Of a stretch of 64,000 bases of DNA, positions 20,994-31,404 are shown piece by piece. The DNA comes from a virus. Under the pieces are notes generated by a model that was not told the DNA's origin, ran no database searches, and saw only the letters and a list, made by a program, of their open reading frames with translations. Position 1 is the stretch's first letter. Each line of letters begins with the position of its first letter. The translations under genes and the position numbers were made by a program. The stretch covers positions 90,897 through 154,896 of the IMG/VR virus record IMGVR_UViG_3300017977_000066; one strand, given 5' to 3'.

Positions 20994-22304
20994 ATGGCTA
21001 AAACATTACCCATAACATTAGACAACGAAGTAAATGATCTCTTAACCAAGTCTAAAGAGTTCATCATGCCAGAGCCAACACTTATCATACATACAGAAGA
21101 TGGTGATGTGACTATAGTACATTTTAATAGCATAGATGTAGAACGTAACTACACTACTAACTTATCAGATATAATATATGTTAACTTTAATGCAGGTCTT
21201 GGTTTTGCTAGTAAGGTTCTATATAAGCATAGAGATAAACTAGAAGCTACCGTTAAGCTAAAGTTCTCTAATAAGAAGATACAACAGAGAAGATTCAAAT
21301 TTGTACTCATGACTAAGTTCGAGGATATACATGATAGCTCCATGAGTAAGATAAGTCAAGAAGACCTTGATACCCAGGATTATATAGAGATAAAAGCACA
21401 ATGTATAGATACTAAGCTTCTTAAGTTCAAGAATGAATATGTAGAAGGTATCTTCCATGATATGGATCTCAGGAAAGTAATGAAGAATATTTTCAGTAAG
21501 AAGATGAGAGAGGCTGGTACTGATAGCTACATCAATGTCTATGTTCCTAAGAATGTGAAGAGCTATGAGAATATCTTCATAGAGCCATTCACTAAGTTTG
21601 TAAGACTACCATTTATATTTCAGAATGATAAGTATGGTCTTTATGATCATGGTGCTGGTATATACTTCAGTAATATCTCAGAAGCTAGCGAGTCTAAATA
21701 TGATGTAGATATATTCCCTATATTTGATTATGAGAGGTTCGATGCTGAGGCTAAGAGACCTAAGCTTATTATCATAAATCCTACTAAGTCACATATGAGT
21801 AAACATGAGATAGATTTCTACTATAAAGATGGCATCTATAAATCATTAGTATCTAATGTTAAGTTCCAGCATGATAGCGAGGATAAGAGATATGATACTG
21901 GTAATGGTTTCATCATAGAGGATTCTGGTAACACCATCAACCAGAGTCTACTTGATATAAAAGACGATATAGTAAAATATGCAAATGACCAATCTTTCTC
22001 TATAACCAAGCTAGATGAAACTAGGAGTTATAATAATCTAGTAGAGACAGGCGGAGATGATAATCTCTATAAATATAATAGCACTCTTAATAGGCTACAA
22101 GGTGTTATAGGTAGTGTCATGTTACCTAAGGTTAATCCCGAGATCATTTATCCAGGCATGCCTTTTAAATACATGTTCAACAAGGATGGTAAGGTTGCTT
22201 CTACTACAGGAGTCGTACAAGGATTACAATATAGCTATGACTTCATCAATAAGACTACAGTTGTCATGCTGGTATGTATATTTAAGAGATTAATAAAGGA
22301 ATGA
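20994..22304 (+). CDS. Virion baseplate hub-like protein (phiKZ gp101-like)
   Basis: ERNYTTNLSDII, YGLYDHGAGIY, IIYPGMP motifs. Confidence 0.65.
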   Translation: MAKTLPITLDNEVNDLLTKSKEFIMPEPTLIIHTEDGDVTIVHFNSIDVERNYTTNLSDIIYVNFNAGLGFASKVLYKHRDKLEATVKLKFSNKKIQQRRFKFVLMTKFEDIHDSSMSKISQEDLDTQDYIEIKAQCIDTKLLKFKNEYVEGIFHDMDLRKVMKNIFSKKMREAGTDSYINVYVPKNVKSYENIFIEPFTKFVRLPFIFQNDKYGLYDHGAGIYFSNISEASESKYDVDIFPIFDYERFDAEAKRPKLIIINPTKSHMSKHEIDFYYKDGIYKSLVSNVKFQHDSEDKRYDTGNGFIIEDSGNTINQSLLDIKDDIVKYANDQSFSITKLDETRSYNNLVETGGDDNLYKYNSTLNRLQGVIGSVMLPKVNPEIIYPGMPFKYMFNKDGKVASTTGVVQGLQYSYDFINKTTVVMLVCIFKRLIKE

Positions 22305-22305
22305 T

Positions 22306-22638
22306 ATGTTAAAATTTGTAGGTGATAATAGACACTTTACCATCATAGTTAAGAGTGAGAAGGAACTACTTGATGTTATGAATCTTAAGCTAAGCATGCT
22401 TCTTAACGAAGATAATATGGATATATATAGTAAGGTCTATAAGACTAAGATGTATGAGACTATCTTAGAGAACATCATCATGGAAGAGCTAGCTAAAGCC
22501 AATGTAATAACTGAGAAGAATAAGTCCTATATATTTTCGCTATTACTACAGGATGAGAAGTATCAGTATCTGGTAGCTAATCTAGAACTAGGAGACCAAG
22601 ATAAAGGTCTTATAATAAACAAAACGTTACAAAACTAA
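22306..22638 (+). CDS. Hypothetical protein
   Basis: 110-aa ORF with SD AAAGGA. Confidence 0.7.
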   Translation: MLKFVGDNRHFTIIVKSEKELLDVMNLKLSMLLNEDNMDIYSKVYKTKMYETILENIIMEELAKANVITEKNKSYIFSLLLQDEKYQYLVANLELGDQDKGLIINKTLQN

Positions 22639-22639
22639 T

Positions 22640-22665
22640 CATATGGTAGAACTTTCTACCATATG
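22640..22665. terminator. Hairpin between convergent genes
   Basis: catatggtaga-actt-tctaccatatg. Confidence 0.7.
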
Positions 22666-22667
22666 TA

Positions 22668-23270
22668 TTAAAATTCTAATTCGTCTAGAAAGTCATCATC
22701 GTTGCTGTTGATGCTGTTAGTTTCAGTAGCTTCTTTAATACTACTATCTTTATTTATTCTGTTTTTATAGTACTCATAGAACTCAGTACTATATTTTCTA
22801 TATTCAGCTAGCTTCTCACCATCTTTAGACATACCTTTTACAACAGCCTTAGTTACTGCTTTTAAATTAATGTCAGCTGCTCTAGGATTGGATTCTTTTA
22901 CCTGCTCGAACGAAACTATAGCATTCCTTAGTTTAGCCTTTTCTAGCCCCTCTATGTTAGTACTAGTTATCATAGGAGGAAGTTTGAAGATAATTTTACT
23001 AGCATCATTATCATCTACTACTAAAATCGTAGTCCTATATCCACCTACAAGATCTTTTAAGTTATTAATGAATACCATGTTATTAGCATCATTATGTTCT
23101 AGCTCTTTTAGTATATAAGGGAGTAGATAAATTTCAAAAGTAGATAAGCTTATTTTAGCTTCATCTATATCTATGTCTTTGAAGCTCTTACTAAGTTCAG
23201 CTATCTCAGACATCTCCTCTGCTTGATTGTTCTCTACTATTTGTTGCATCTCTTCGTCTGGCTTAAACAT
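22668..23270 (-). CDS. Conserved phiKZ-like hypothetical protein
   Basis: FEIYLLP...VVDD...FKLPP motif; overlaps upstream gene. Confidence 0.7.
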   Translation of the reverse strand: MFKPDEEMQQIVENNQAEEMSEIAELSKSFKDIDIDEAKISLSTFEIYLLPYILKELEHNDANNMVFINNLKDLVGGYRTTILVVDDNDASKIIFKLPPMITSTNIEGLEKAKLRNAIVSFEQVKESNPRAADINLKAVTKAVVKGMSKDGEKLAEYRKYSTEFYEYYKNRINKDSSIKEATETNSINSNDDDFLDELEF

Positions 23271-23685
23271 TATCTGCTCCTAAGAAATATTCTATTTTTT
23301 TATCTATATTGGTTATATCGCCTTTATCTACTAACGCTGATTTAGATAACGTATGTACGATACCATCTACTGTAATTTTTATGTCTATGTTAACTCTGTA
23401 GTTAGTTTTATCAACTGTTTTGTTAGTAGTTTGTACACTAGTTATAACTTCAACTTCTTTCCAGTACCTACCATACATAGTAACTAGTGTATCTCTTACA
23501 CTAACCTCTAACTTCTCCATATCAGGACCAGCATCTCTTATAAGATATGGTAAGCTAGATATCTCTGTATAAAATAGTTTGGTCTGCGAATATTCTGATA
23601 ATAAGAAGTACTCGAATAACTTATTTATCATGAGGTCTACATCAGCCACATAACCGTCTAATGTTAGTGTTGGTACTTGCTTCAT
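23263..23685 (-). CDS. Conserved phiKZ-like protein (possible gp25/sheath-initiator-like)
   Basis: VPTLTLDGYV...YFLLSEYSQT motif. Confidence 0.6.
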   Translation of the reverse strand: MKQVPTLTLDGYVADVDLMINKLFEYFLLSEYSQTKLFYTEISSLPYLIRDAGPDMEKLEVSVRDTLVTMYGRYWKEVEVITSVQTTNKTVDKTNYRVNIDIKITVDGIVHTLSKSALVDKGDITNIDKKIEYFLGADNV

Positions 23686-23724
23686 TAATAACTCCTATTA
23701 TAAATTTCAAAACAAAGGATATGC

Positions 23725-24813
23725 ATGTTAAAAGCATTGATATTATCAGATATACATCTAGGGCATGATGTTAATAAAACAGAAGATATTATATTTAATC
23801 TTAAGAGGTTTTTTATAACTTATGATAAAGATATAAAACTACTAGATGTTATATTCATCTCAGGAGACATATTTGACCAATTACTTCCTAGTAATGGTAT
23901 TGATATGCAGATTATATATTTATGGCTTGTAGAGCTTGTGAAGGGGTGTGAGAAGTATGGTATAAGTTTAAGGATACTAGAAGGAACTCCAGGGCATGAT
24001 TGGAAACAGTTTAATCTATTCTATAGTATGCTTAAGAAATTACTTCCAGAGGCTGATATCAAGTATTTCGATACACTATATATAGACTACGATGATATAA
24101 CAAGAAAACATATACTCTATATACCAGATGAGTGGAAACCTACTGCAGAAGAGATATTCCAAGCAGCTAAACAAAAGCTACAAGATGAACATCTAGATAG
24201 TGTAGACATGATTATCATGCATGGAGCTTTTAGTTACCAGTTACCAGACTTCATAGAGAACACATTAGACCCTGAGAAATTTCTCTCACTAACAGATGGG
24301 CCTATAGTAGTAGGACACGTACATAGACACTCTAAGTATAAGAACATTATAGTACCAGGAAGCTTCGATGCGTTAACACATGATGATGATTATAGGAGAG
24401 AGAAGAAAGGGGGGTTACTTCTTAATATCAAAGAGGATAACAGCTATACCTTTAAGTTCCTACAGAATAAGCATGCTTTAAAGTTCATAAGCATAAATGT
24501 TAAAGATAAGACTATAGATAAATTAACTAAAGAATTAGATAAGTTCAAGAACACTACCATAAGGGTTAGGCTACTAGTAGATAATGATAGCCAGCTGACT
24601 AAGAACCTAGAAGAGCTTAAGTATAAGTATCCAGAGCTTAACCTCGTGATCAAGAAGGCTAAAGGTATGAAAAAAGATGATGTTGTTAATAAGGTAGTTA
24701 AGAAGCTTAATATCATCAAGCTTGATAGAGAAGCTATATCTAAGTATATAGATGATAAAGATAAGAATCCTAAGGTTACTGCTACTCTTATGGAACTTAT
24801 GGATTCTTTATAA
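23725..24813 (+). CDS. SbcD/Mre11-like metallophosphoesterase nuclease
   Basis: SDIHLG, GDIFD, GTPGHD, MHG, GHVH, PGSFD motifs. Confidence 0.9.
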   Translation: MLKALILSDIHLGHDVNKTEDIIFNLKRFFITYDKDIKLLDVIFISGDIFDQLLPSNGIDMQIIYLWLVELVKGCEKYGISLRILEGTPGHDWKQFNLFYSMLKKLLPEADIKYFDTLYIDYDDITRKHILYIPDEWKPTAEEIFQAAKQKLQDEHLDSVDMIIMHGAFSYQLPDFIENTLDPEKFLSLTDGPIVVGHVHRHSKYKNIIVPGSFDALTHDDDYRREKKGGLLLNIKEDNSYTFKFLQNKHALKFISINVKDKTIDKLTKELDKFKNTTIRVRLLVDNDSQLTKNLEELKYKYPELNLVIKKAKGMKKDDVVNKVVKKLNIIKLDREAISKYIDDKDKNPKVTATLMELMDSL

Positions 24814-24873
24814 TATATACTTTTTAACATCTCTTAACTGTAATGAAAATAAAAAACATAAAAAGGATAGAAA

Positions 24874-25518
24874 ATGAATGTAAATGTATTATTAAGCAGG
24901 TTAGCTTTATATAGGGAAGTAGATAAAAATACTCTACATGCACTAGGACTAGGAGTTTATAAAAATACTCTTAGAGTTTATATTAAAGAGTCTCCTAAAG
25001 AAAATGTTAGAGATAACAAGTTAGTGTTTAACTTCGGTCTTGTGCATATGAATGCTAGGCTCATAGCTGCTGAGTTACAGACTCTTAATGATCAAAAAGA
25101 GGGTTACAACAAAGCTTTTGCTCTATATGGTAGGAAGTTCGAGAACAACCAACCAGTTGAGAATGAGAGAGTTCTTACAGCTACCATAGGTGTTGCTAGA
25201 TCTAAAAACAAAGAGGGTGATGTTGTTAATATCTTATATGTTACTAACACTGCTGGTACTAAGTATATCTTCACTCTTTTACCAACTCCATATGTAGATG
25301 TTATAGAAGATGGCAAGCTAGTATCCGATAAGAAAAAACTTAGTGTCATATGGACTAAAGCTTATAGTGATACATTTAATGCTGTATTAAACAAGATACC
25401 TGAGGCTATAGCACAAGAGAGACCTAGTACATCTAACAATAGCTCTTATGGTAACCAATCTAACCCTAATGCTAAACCTACATTAGTGAGCGGTACCGAT
25501 CTACTTGATGACCTATAA
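24874..25518 (+). CDS. Candidate ChmC-like (Whirly-fold) nucleic-acid-binding protein
   Basis: Beta-rich core, S/N/Q-rich disordered tail ending DLLDDL; lies in the SbcD-gp68-PicA block. Confidence 0.45.
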   Translation: MNVNVLLSRLALYREVDKNTLHALGLGVYKNTLRVYIKESPKENVRDNKLVFNFGLVHMNARLIAAELQTLNDQKEGYNKAFALYGRKFENNQPVENERVLTATIGVARSKNKEGDVVNILYVTNTAGTKYIFTLLPTPYVDVIEDGKLVSDKKKLSVIWTKAYSDTFNAVLNKIPEAIAQERPSTSNNSSYGNQSNPNAKPTLVSGTDLLDDL

Positions 25519-25574
25519 CACATATAGATGGACTCTATGAGTCTGTCTATATACTTTCATACTTTTTTTACTTG

Positions 25575-25582
25575 TATATTAC
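25575..25582 (+). promoter_or_regulatory. Early promoter core TATATTAC
   Basis: ttttttacttgTATATTACtaatatGAGC. Confidence 0.75.
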
Positions 25583-25626
25583 TAATATGAGCCAAAAGCT
25601 CTAATAAAAATTAAGGAGGCTGATAA

Positions 25627-26133
25627 ATGCCTAATGTAAGAGAAAAATTCGATATCATCAAGCCTGTAAAACTATTTTCTATAGACAATGACTCTGGTAA
25701 AGAACGATATGTTTTTAAGGGTCTAGACGGTAGAATATATTATGTGGACAGAAAAGATCCAGGAGTAGCTTGTGGTAGACTTAAGCTAGGGGATGTTATC
25801 TTAGTATGGGTTATAAAAGAGTTAACTACTTATGGGTTCATCCGTGTAGAGGTAAATGGTATGTTCATCAGTGAGTATATAGCAAGCTTCCCTAATCTGA
25901 GTGCAGATGATCTGTTCGATGAAGATGGTAAGAGAACAGAGTTACTTTATATATCTAACTATGTTAAGTTCTCTGATATAAGCTATGAGCAAGACATCAT
26001 CAAGAACCATAAGCACATAGATACATTATCTAACTTTGAAGGTACTGAGCAGTCAGAGCAAGTTGTAGGTGCTACTAGAGCATTATCATATTTATACTAT
26101 AAACACATAGAAGGAGTAGGCTATGGAAAATAA
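25627..26133 (+). CDS. Early protein with possible TRAM/S1-like OB-fold N-terminus
   Basis: GRIYYVD...LKLGDVILVWVIKELTTYGFIRV. Confidence 0.55.
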   Translation: MPNVREKFDIIKPVKLFSIDNDSGKERYVFKGLDGRIYYVDRKDPGVACGRLKLGDVILVWVIKELTTYGFIRVEVNGMFISEYIASFPNLSADDLFDEDGKRTELLYISNYVKFSDISYEQDIIKNHKHIDTLSNFEGTEQSEQVVGATRALSYLYYKHIEGVGYGK

Positions 26134-26569
26134 GAAGATCATGAGTGACCAAGCTATAACAATAGGGGCTATATTACATAACCTCATGTTCCAAACAGAT
26201 AAGAGTGAGCCTAAAGCTAAGATACCTAGAAAAGCTATCATACGTTCAGTCAAAACTACATTGGCTACAAGAAGATCTGTAGAGTATGAGAAGTTCAATG
26301 AGCTAGTATATGGTTCGGCTCCTATTATGGGTGAGGCTAGAAACAATATGCTCCTAGGTGGTAAGCTTTTAGATCCGTTCATGTCACCGGATATCTTCTT
26401 GAAGTTCCTTAAATTCCGTTATCCTCATATCTTCAATGAGCTCGGTGTTAAAGAGTCTGACATACATAGATATAGTGCTGAGATATCTGAAAATGTACCA
26501 GTCATGGCTACTATAGTTTTCGTTAACAGGATCTTTGACGCTATGGATAAATATGGCATCAGTGCTTAA
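26123..26569 (+). CDS. Hypothetical protein
   Basis: 148-aa ORF with SD AAGGAG, overlaps neighbours. Confidence 0.7.
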   Translation: MENKKIMSDQAITIGAILHNLMFQTDKSEPKAKIPRKAIIRSVKTTLATRRSVEYEKFNELVYGSAPIMGEARNNMLLGGKLLDPFMSPDIFLKFLKFRYPHIFNELGVKESDIHRYSAEISENVPVMATIVFVNRIFDAMDKYGISA

Positions 26570-27392
26570 ATTACAAACCGAAGCTATCAGCACTGGCTTC
26601 GGATGTAACATATCATCTGGTATCATACTGGAGAAACTAGTAGAGGATAAACCTAAGAAGCTTCCTATTTATTTTAATGTAAAAACATTATTCAGGAACT
26701 ACATAGGATGTTTAGACGGTAATGCTGATGCTAAGATAAAAGCTCTTAAGAATCATGTAAGCGCCAGACCTGTTATAAATGGGTTTATAGACGATACTAA
26801 ACTGCTCATCAATGGGTTCCTAGACTCAGGCTTCGAGTTACACTTCTATAACATAGATTATAAGCCATTCTTAAAGAATGTTTTAAATGCTAGGAAAGAA
26901 GAAGAGTTCAAGGGTCTAAAGTCAGTAGTTAGGAAGATAGAGAAGTTCGCTATAACAGAAGTTAAAAGGAACTTCCCTGGTATATATATAGAGTATAAAA
27001 ACCCTAAGCTAAAAGGTAAAGTACCTAAAGAGATCTATGTGGTAACCCATATAGGTATAGAATTATTAAACTTCGTAGGTAATGTTAAAGTAAAACTTAT
27101 AGAGTCTCATACCGGGGTTATAAAAGAGTCTACCGAGTGGTATTCTAAGTATGCTAAAATAGGTAACAGGAAGATGTCCGTATTTCCACTAGATGAATTA
27201 CTATATAATATACTAGGTGATAATGATTATGTTAAGCAGGGTGATATTAAGCTAAGGAAACATCTTTATAACATAGCTGTCGAGATGGCCTGGAGTGGTT
27301 TTATGCTACCTAACGAGATAGAAGTTAATTTAAGAAATAAAGATCCTTTACTATTAAATGGATTGAAATCTAGGTACAAAAAATATTTCTAA
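26553..27392 (+). CDS. Conserved phiKZ-like protein (gp66-like, PIN/nuclease-like)
   Basis: FNVKTLFRN, VTH, LIESHTG..K...WYSK motifs. Confidence 0.65.
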   Translation: MASVLKLQTEAISTGFGCNISSGIILEKLVEDKPKKLPIYFNVKTLFRNYIGCLDGNADAKIKALKNHVSARPVINGFIDDTKLLINGFLDSGFELHFYNIDYKPFLKNVLNARKEEEFKGLKSVVRKIEKFAITEVKRNFPGIYIEYKNPKLKGKVPKEIYVVTHIGIELLNFVGNVKVKLIESHTGVIKESTEWYSKYAKIGNRKMSVFPLDELLYNILGDNDYVKQGDIKLRKHLYNIAVEMAWSGFMLPNEIEVNLRNKDPLLLNGLKSRYKKYF

Positions 27393-27408
27393 TCAAAAAG
27401 GAAAGTAA

Positions 27409-28023
27409 ATGTCATTATTCATCTGTAACAACTGTGGGTGTGTTGAAAACTCTGCATTAATACATAGTGGCTTAGATGCTACGAGAGCTGATATGTTATG
27501 TAGTGAGTGCGAAAGTGGTAGCTGGCATGGAGAGTTTGATAAGCGAGCTGCTAAGCCTATCGAACTCTTAGTTAGTAAATTCTCTCCATTAGGCTATATA
27601 ACACCATATGACCATGTTGTTAAACTGGTTAAATCTGAATTAGTCCCATCTGGCTATAATGTAGACCCTGTCATCTATGAGTTCATATCACAGTCCAAAG
27701 GACATATACTAGAGCATCCGTTATATAAAACTTATGTACAGAATAAAGATACATTTGTTTATGATGTAGTAGGTACACTATATGTTATAGAAGATCTTTT
27801 AAATCCTACTGAAACTGAAGAGAAGATAATAAGAGAAGCCAGGATAAATGCTACTGGTAAAGCTCTTGTAAATACTGGAGATGACTCATTACTAATGATG
27901 ACAGAACCTAAGCCTTCTGTAAGAAGAAGAGATCTCTTAAGTCAAGAAGAGCAAGATGATAGAATAGAAGCTGCTAAGAAGAAGAGAGAGAAACGAGAAC
28001 TTAAAAGAAAAAAACCAGGATAG
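27409..28023 (+). CDS. Zn-finger hypothetical protein
   Basis: MSLFICNNCGCVENS...LCSECESGSWHGEF; basic C-terminus. Confidence 0.7.
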   Translation: MSLFICNNCGCVENSALIHSGLDATRADMLCSECESGSWHGEFDKRAAKPIELLVSKFSPLGYITPYDHVVKLVKSELVPSGYNVDPVIYEFISQSKGHILEHPLYKTYVQNKDTFVYDVVGTLYVIEDLLNPTETEEKIIREARINATGKALVNTGDDSLLMMTEPKPSVRRRDLLSQEEQDDRIEAAKKKREKRELKRKKPG

Positions 28024-28052
28024 GGTACTCCTATCTTGGTATATATTTTTTT

Positions 28053-28088
28053 TTTCATTTCTTTTATAATCATATATTACTCATATGA
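28053..28088 (+). promoter_or_regulatory. Early promoter; 36 bp identical to 33813..33848
   Basis: tttcatttcttttataatcaTATATTACtcatatga. Confidence 0.8.
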
Positions 28089-28122
28089 CCAAATAGGTCT
28101 AATAAATATAACAGGAGATATA

Positions 28123-29724
28123 ATGGAAACATATACTATAATCAACAATGACATAGATGCGGAAGTCATAGTTAAAGATAGTAAAGGTAATGAAGTAGAT
28201 CTATGGCTAGAGACTATAGTTAATAGAAGACTTCGTACTGGATTAGAGCCAGGTGGTATGTTCGTCATCTTGAATAAATACATAGATCATAAAGGTAAAG
28301 ATTTTAGAGATAAACTTTATCGCTTAAATGCAGAGGGTAAGAATATCATAGTACCATATCTGACTAAGGATACTGACATAGTTCCCTTTAAGGTAGTACA
28401 TAACATCTTAGATATGTTTAATATCAACGATGTAAAAGATTTCATTAAAAAATCTGGTTTAGTAACATCTCCTACAACTCTACCAGATGTCTATGATATT
28501 AACATAGAGATAGATGAGAGAGGTAGTAGATCTCAGACTTATCTAAAAGAGGATTACTATGACCTTATAGCTCTTATAACTATCTTAAAAGCTACTATAG
28601 GGTTAGTAGGAGAGTATGCTAGTGTTAGAGATACTGTACTTAGTAAGACTACTTATAAAGAGTACATACTTCTTAACTTCTATAGATCACACCCTATCTT
28701 TAATACAGATCCATTTGTTAAACTACATAGCTCCATTAATAAGCTAGTAGATAGGCTTTTCAAAGATACTGAGAAGACAGCTGTAAGGGTCATAGACACT
28801 GGGCTAAGTAAAGAGAACATGCCACTACACATACTAGCTTTAGTTACTATACAGAAGTTATTAGTGAATGATGAGTTAACTGACGATGATACTAAACATA
28901 CCGTTACTAAGATATATAGCTATGCTTCTGATAAGCTTAAGCTAAAAGATAACAACAATAGTAAGTATAGGATCAAATACTTTTCTGAAGAGGAGGCCGA
29001 TGGTTCTGAATCAGAGTCCATCTTAGAGAGTTATCGTAAGAACTCTGATGTTACTCCTGGCCATGTGGAAGAGTTTGAATCTGCTGTATCTGATATGTAT
29101 CATATGGCTAGGCTAATAAATATAAAAGCTAGTGATAAAGAACTTACTACTCTTAGACATGCTATGGAAGAGCTAAATGATAAATTACCTATATACCAAT
29201 GTGCAGTCATGGCTTCTTGGGTTCTAAAAGGTGTAGTTGAAGTCAGATCCCTTAAACACTTAAGTCTTAACAGTGTCATCAACATCATCACCCTAGCCAC
29301 CATGTGGTGTATAGAGAATGATAACAAAGACATGGCATTAGTATTATCTTGTTATAGCATCGAGTCTAATGCTACTAGAGTTAACTTCTCATTAAGGAAT
29401 AAGATAACTGTGGAGTATAAAGAGAAGTTAAAAGAGTTATTCCCTTATGAGAGAGTTGCTGTTATTAATGGCTCATTATCTACTATAAACTTTGTAGAAG
29501 AGACACTTAATAATGTCAGTAAGAAACTCATGGGGTACCGTATGATGTCAGTACTTCCTGATGAGACATTAGAAAGAATAACTGGTAGTAACTTAAGGAG
29601 TATAAAAGTTCCTGAAGCTATAAGAACCATCTCTGCTAAATATGTAGTAGATATAGAAGAGCAGTATAAAGAGAGATTGAAAGCAAGAGCTTCTGTTCTA
29701 GAAGAGTTAGGTTTTAATGTTTAG
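28123..29724 (+). CDS. nvRNAP promoter-specificity subunit (phiKZ gp68-like)
   Basis: QTYLKEDYYDLIAL, SILESYR, LFPY motifs; SD AGGAG before ATG 28123; gene order. Confidence 0.8.
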   Translation: METYTIINNDIDAEVIVKDSKGNEVDLWLETIVNRRLRTGLEPGGMFVILNKYIDHKGKDFRDKLYRLNAEGKNIIVPYLTKDTDIVPFKVVHNILDMFNINDVKDFIKKSGLVTSPTTLPDVYDINIEIDERGSRSQTYLKEDYYDLIALITILKATIGLVGEYASVRDTVLSKTTYKEYILLNFYRSHPIFNTDPFVKLHSSINKLVDRLFKDTEKTAVRVIDTGLSKENMPLHILALVTIQKLLVNDELTDDDTKHTVTKIYSYASDKLKLKDNNNSKYRIKYFSEEEADGSESESILESYRKNSDVTPGHVEEFESAVSDMYHMARLINIKASDKELTTLRHAMEELNDKLPIYQCAVMASWVLKGVVEVRSLKHLSLNSVINIITLATMWCIENDNKDMALVLSCYSIESNATRVNFSLRNKITVEYKEKLKELFPYERVAVINGSLSTINFVEETLNNVSKKLMGYRMMSVLPDETLERITGSNLRSIKVPEAIRTISAKYVVDIEEQYKERLKARASVLEELGFNV

Positions 29725-29769
29725 TCTATCTCGACTAAACAGATCTGATTTTCATTTCTTTTTTAGCTT

Positions 29770-29777
29770 TATATTAC
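29770..29777 (+). promoter_or_regulatory. Early promoter core TATATTAC
   Basis: ttttagcttTATATTACttataaGAGT. Confidence 0.75.
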
Positions 29778-29832
29778 TTATAAGAGTCTAAGACAATTAT
29801 ACTTAGCTTAAATAATAAAAACAGGAGAAAAC

Positions 29833-31380
29833 ATGTATCGTAATGGTAATGCATATGGTAATACACAAGCCACTAATGTGGTGATGAAGAAGTTTTTCTT
29901 GATAGAATCAGATGGCTATCAAGACCAATATATAAGACCTTATAACATGGAAGCTGGTTATGAAGATCTCAATAAGGTTAAAGATATAGTTACAAGATCA
30001 GTACAGCTTAACAGTGTAGGTAATATAGGACAAGAGGTTAGCAATAGTATCTCTAATATACTTACACCATCTAGTATGGTTATAGGTGCGGCTAATATAG
30101 CTGGTGAGGGCTGGGGTTCTAAGAGATTTAAATTTGTGATGCTCATAGAGGAGTCTAGTAATACTAGTAACTCAGTCATCATCAACTATGTACAAGGTTA
30201 TACGGATCAGTTAGGCATCAGCTATAAAGATACACTAGATCCTAACATGAGATTCTTTGTTAATACTGTTAATGTATTAAGGAAGACATTTGATAGGAAT
30301 ACTGGTGGGTTTAGTATCGTACCTGTAAAATCCTATAACTCTGTACATGATGAGTTAAACATGCTGGATTATGCGGATACAAGATTCGTTCCTAACTCAG
30401 GACCATCTTATACACCAGATCATGAAGCATTAAAGTTAGCTAGACCCGAAGATATCTTAGTTAATGCATCTACTCTATCGGCTGCAGATAGCGACACCAT
30501 GATATTCTCATCAGTGGGTACTGTTAATAACTTTAACATAGTAGATAATGAAGACATATTGCCAACTCAGCATCTATCCAAAACTATCTCTAGCGCTGTT
30601 AGTAACTCTATGAATGATTCTGCATTTACAGATGATGTAGATATGTATGGTAATCTACAGAATAGTAATGTTATTAATGCTATGTTAGGTGATACACTAA
30701 GTTGTAGTGCAGAGCAGATAACCATCTTCAAAATGATCTTAAGGACTACAGGCTCGCTTAGACCTAATATGTCACTGTCAGAGATCAACGATATGTTCGC
30801 TCCGGCTCCAGTAGTACCAGATGTTATGCTTGGTAACGATGTGGCTATAAGAACTGGTGGTACAACTACACCCTATGAGCTATCTGGTACTGAAACTGAA
30901 AATACATATGGTGCTGATATAGAGACTAGAAAATCTGTCTTAGTACATGAAGCTGTTATAACAACTCTTAACGATTCGCTACTATCACATATAGTGTTCG
31001 AGATAGACAACATGACAGGCCAGCCTTTGTGTAACATCTTACATGCTGGTTCAGAGATAGAAGGTCTTAATACTATAGCATATAGTAATAAGTTCACAAG
31101 CATGTTCATGAGTAGGATATGGAATAGCTTATCTGAGAACAATATGATACAAGTTAAGATATTAGTTTCATCATTGTTAGTATCCGATACTACCATCTCT
31201 ATATCTATAGATGGTAGACCTCCAGTGGTATATAGATATCCTACATTTGCTAATAGTAAGTATCTACCTATTATCATGAATAACGAGAACCTAGACGATC
31301 TTAGTAGATCTTATACTACAGTTATATCTGAAGCTATAACCTCTAGTAAAGAAGCTATGAGTAATGCTTCTAGATTTTAA
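29833..31380 (+). CDS. Phage-nucleus import factor PicA/Imp1 homolog (phiKZ gp69-like)
   Basis: GWGSKRFKF, QGYTD, DPNMRFFVN, RPEDI, PTFA motifs; directly after gp68-like gene. Confidence 0.7.
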   Translation: MYRNGNAYGNTQATNVVMKKFFLIESDGYQDQYIRPYNMEAGYEDLNKVKDIVTRSVQLNSVGNIGQEVSNSISNILTPSSMVIGAANIAGEGWGSKRFKFVMLIEESSNTSNSVIINYVQGYTDQLGISYKDTLDPNMRFFVNTVNVLRKTFDRNTGGFSIVPVKSYNSVHDELNMLDYADTRFVPNSGPSYTPDHEALKLARPEDILVNASTLSAADSDTMIFSSVGTVNNFNIVDNEDILPTQHLSKTISSAVSNSMNDSAFTDDVDMYGNLQNSNVINAMLGDTLSCSAEQITIFKMILRTTGSLRPNMSLSEINDMFAPAPVVPDVMLGNDVAIRTGGTTTPYELSGTETENTYGADIETRKSVLVHEAVITTLNDSLLSHIVFEIDNMTGQPLCNILHAGSEIEGLNTIAYSNKFTSMFMSRIWNSLSENNMIQVKILVSSLLVSDTTISISIDGRPPVVYRYPTFANSKYLPIIMNNENLDDLSRSYTTVISEAITSSKEAMSNASRF

Positions 31381-31404
31381 AAAAAAAAACAAAAGGAATT
31401 AAAA

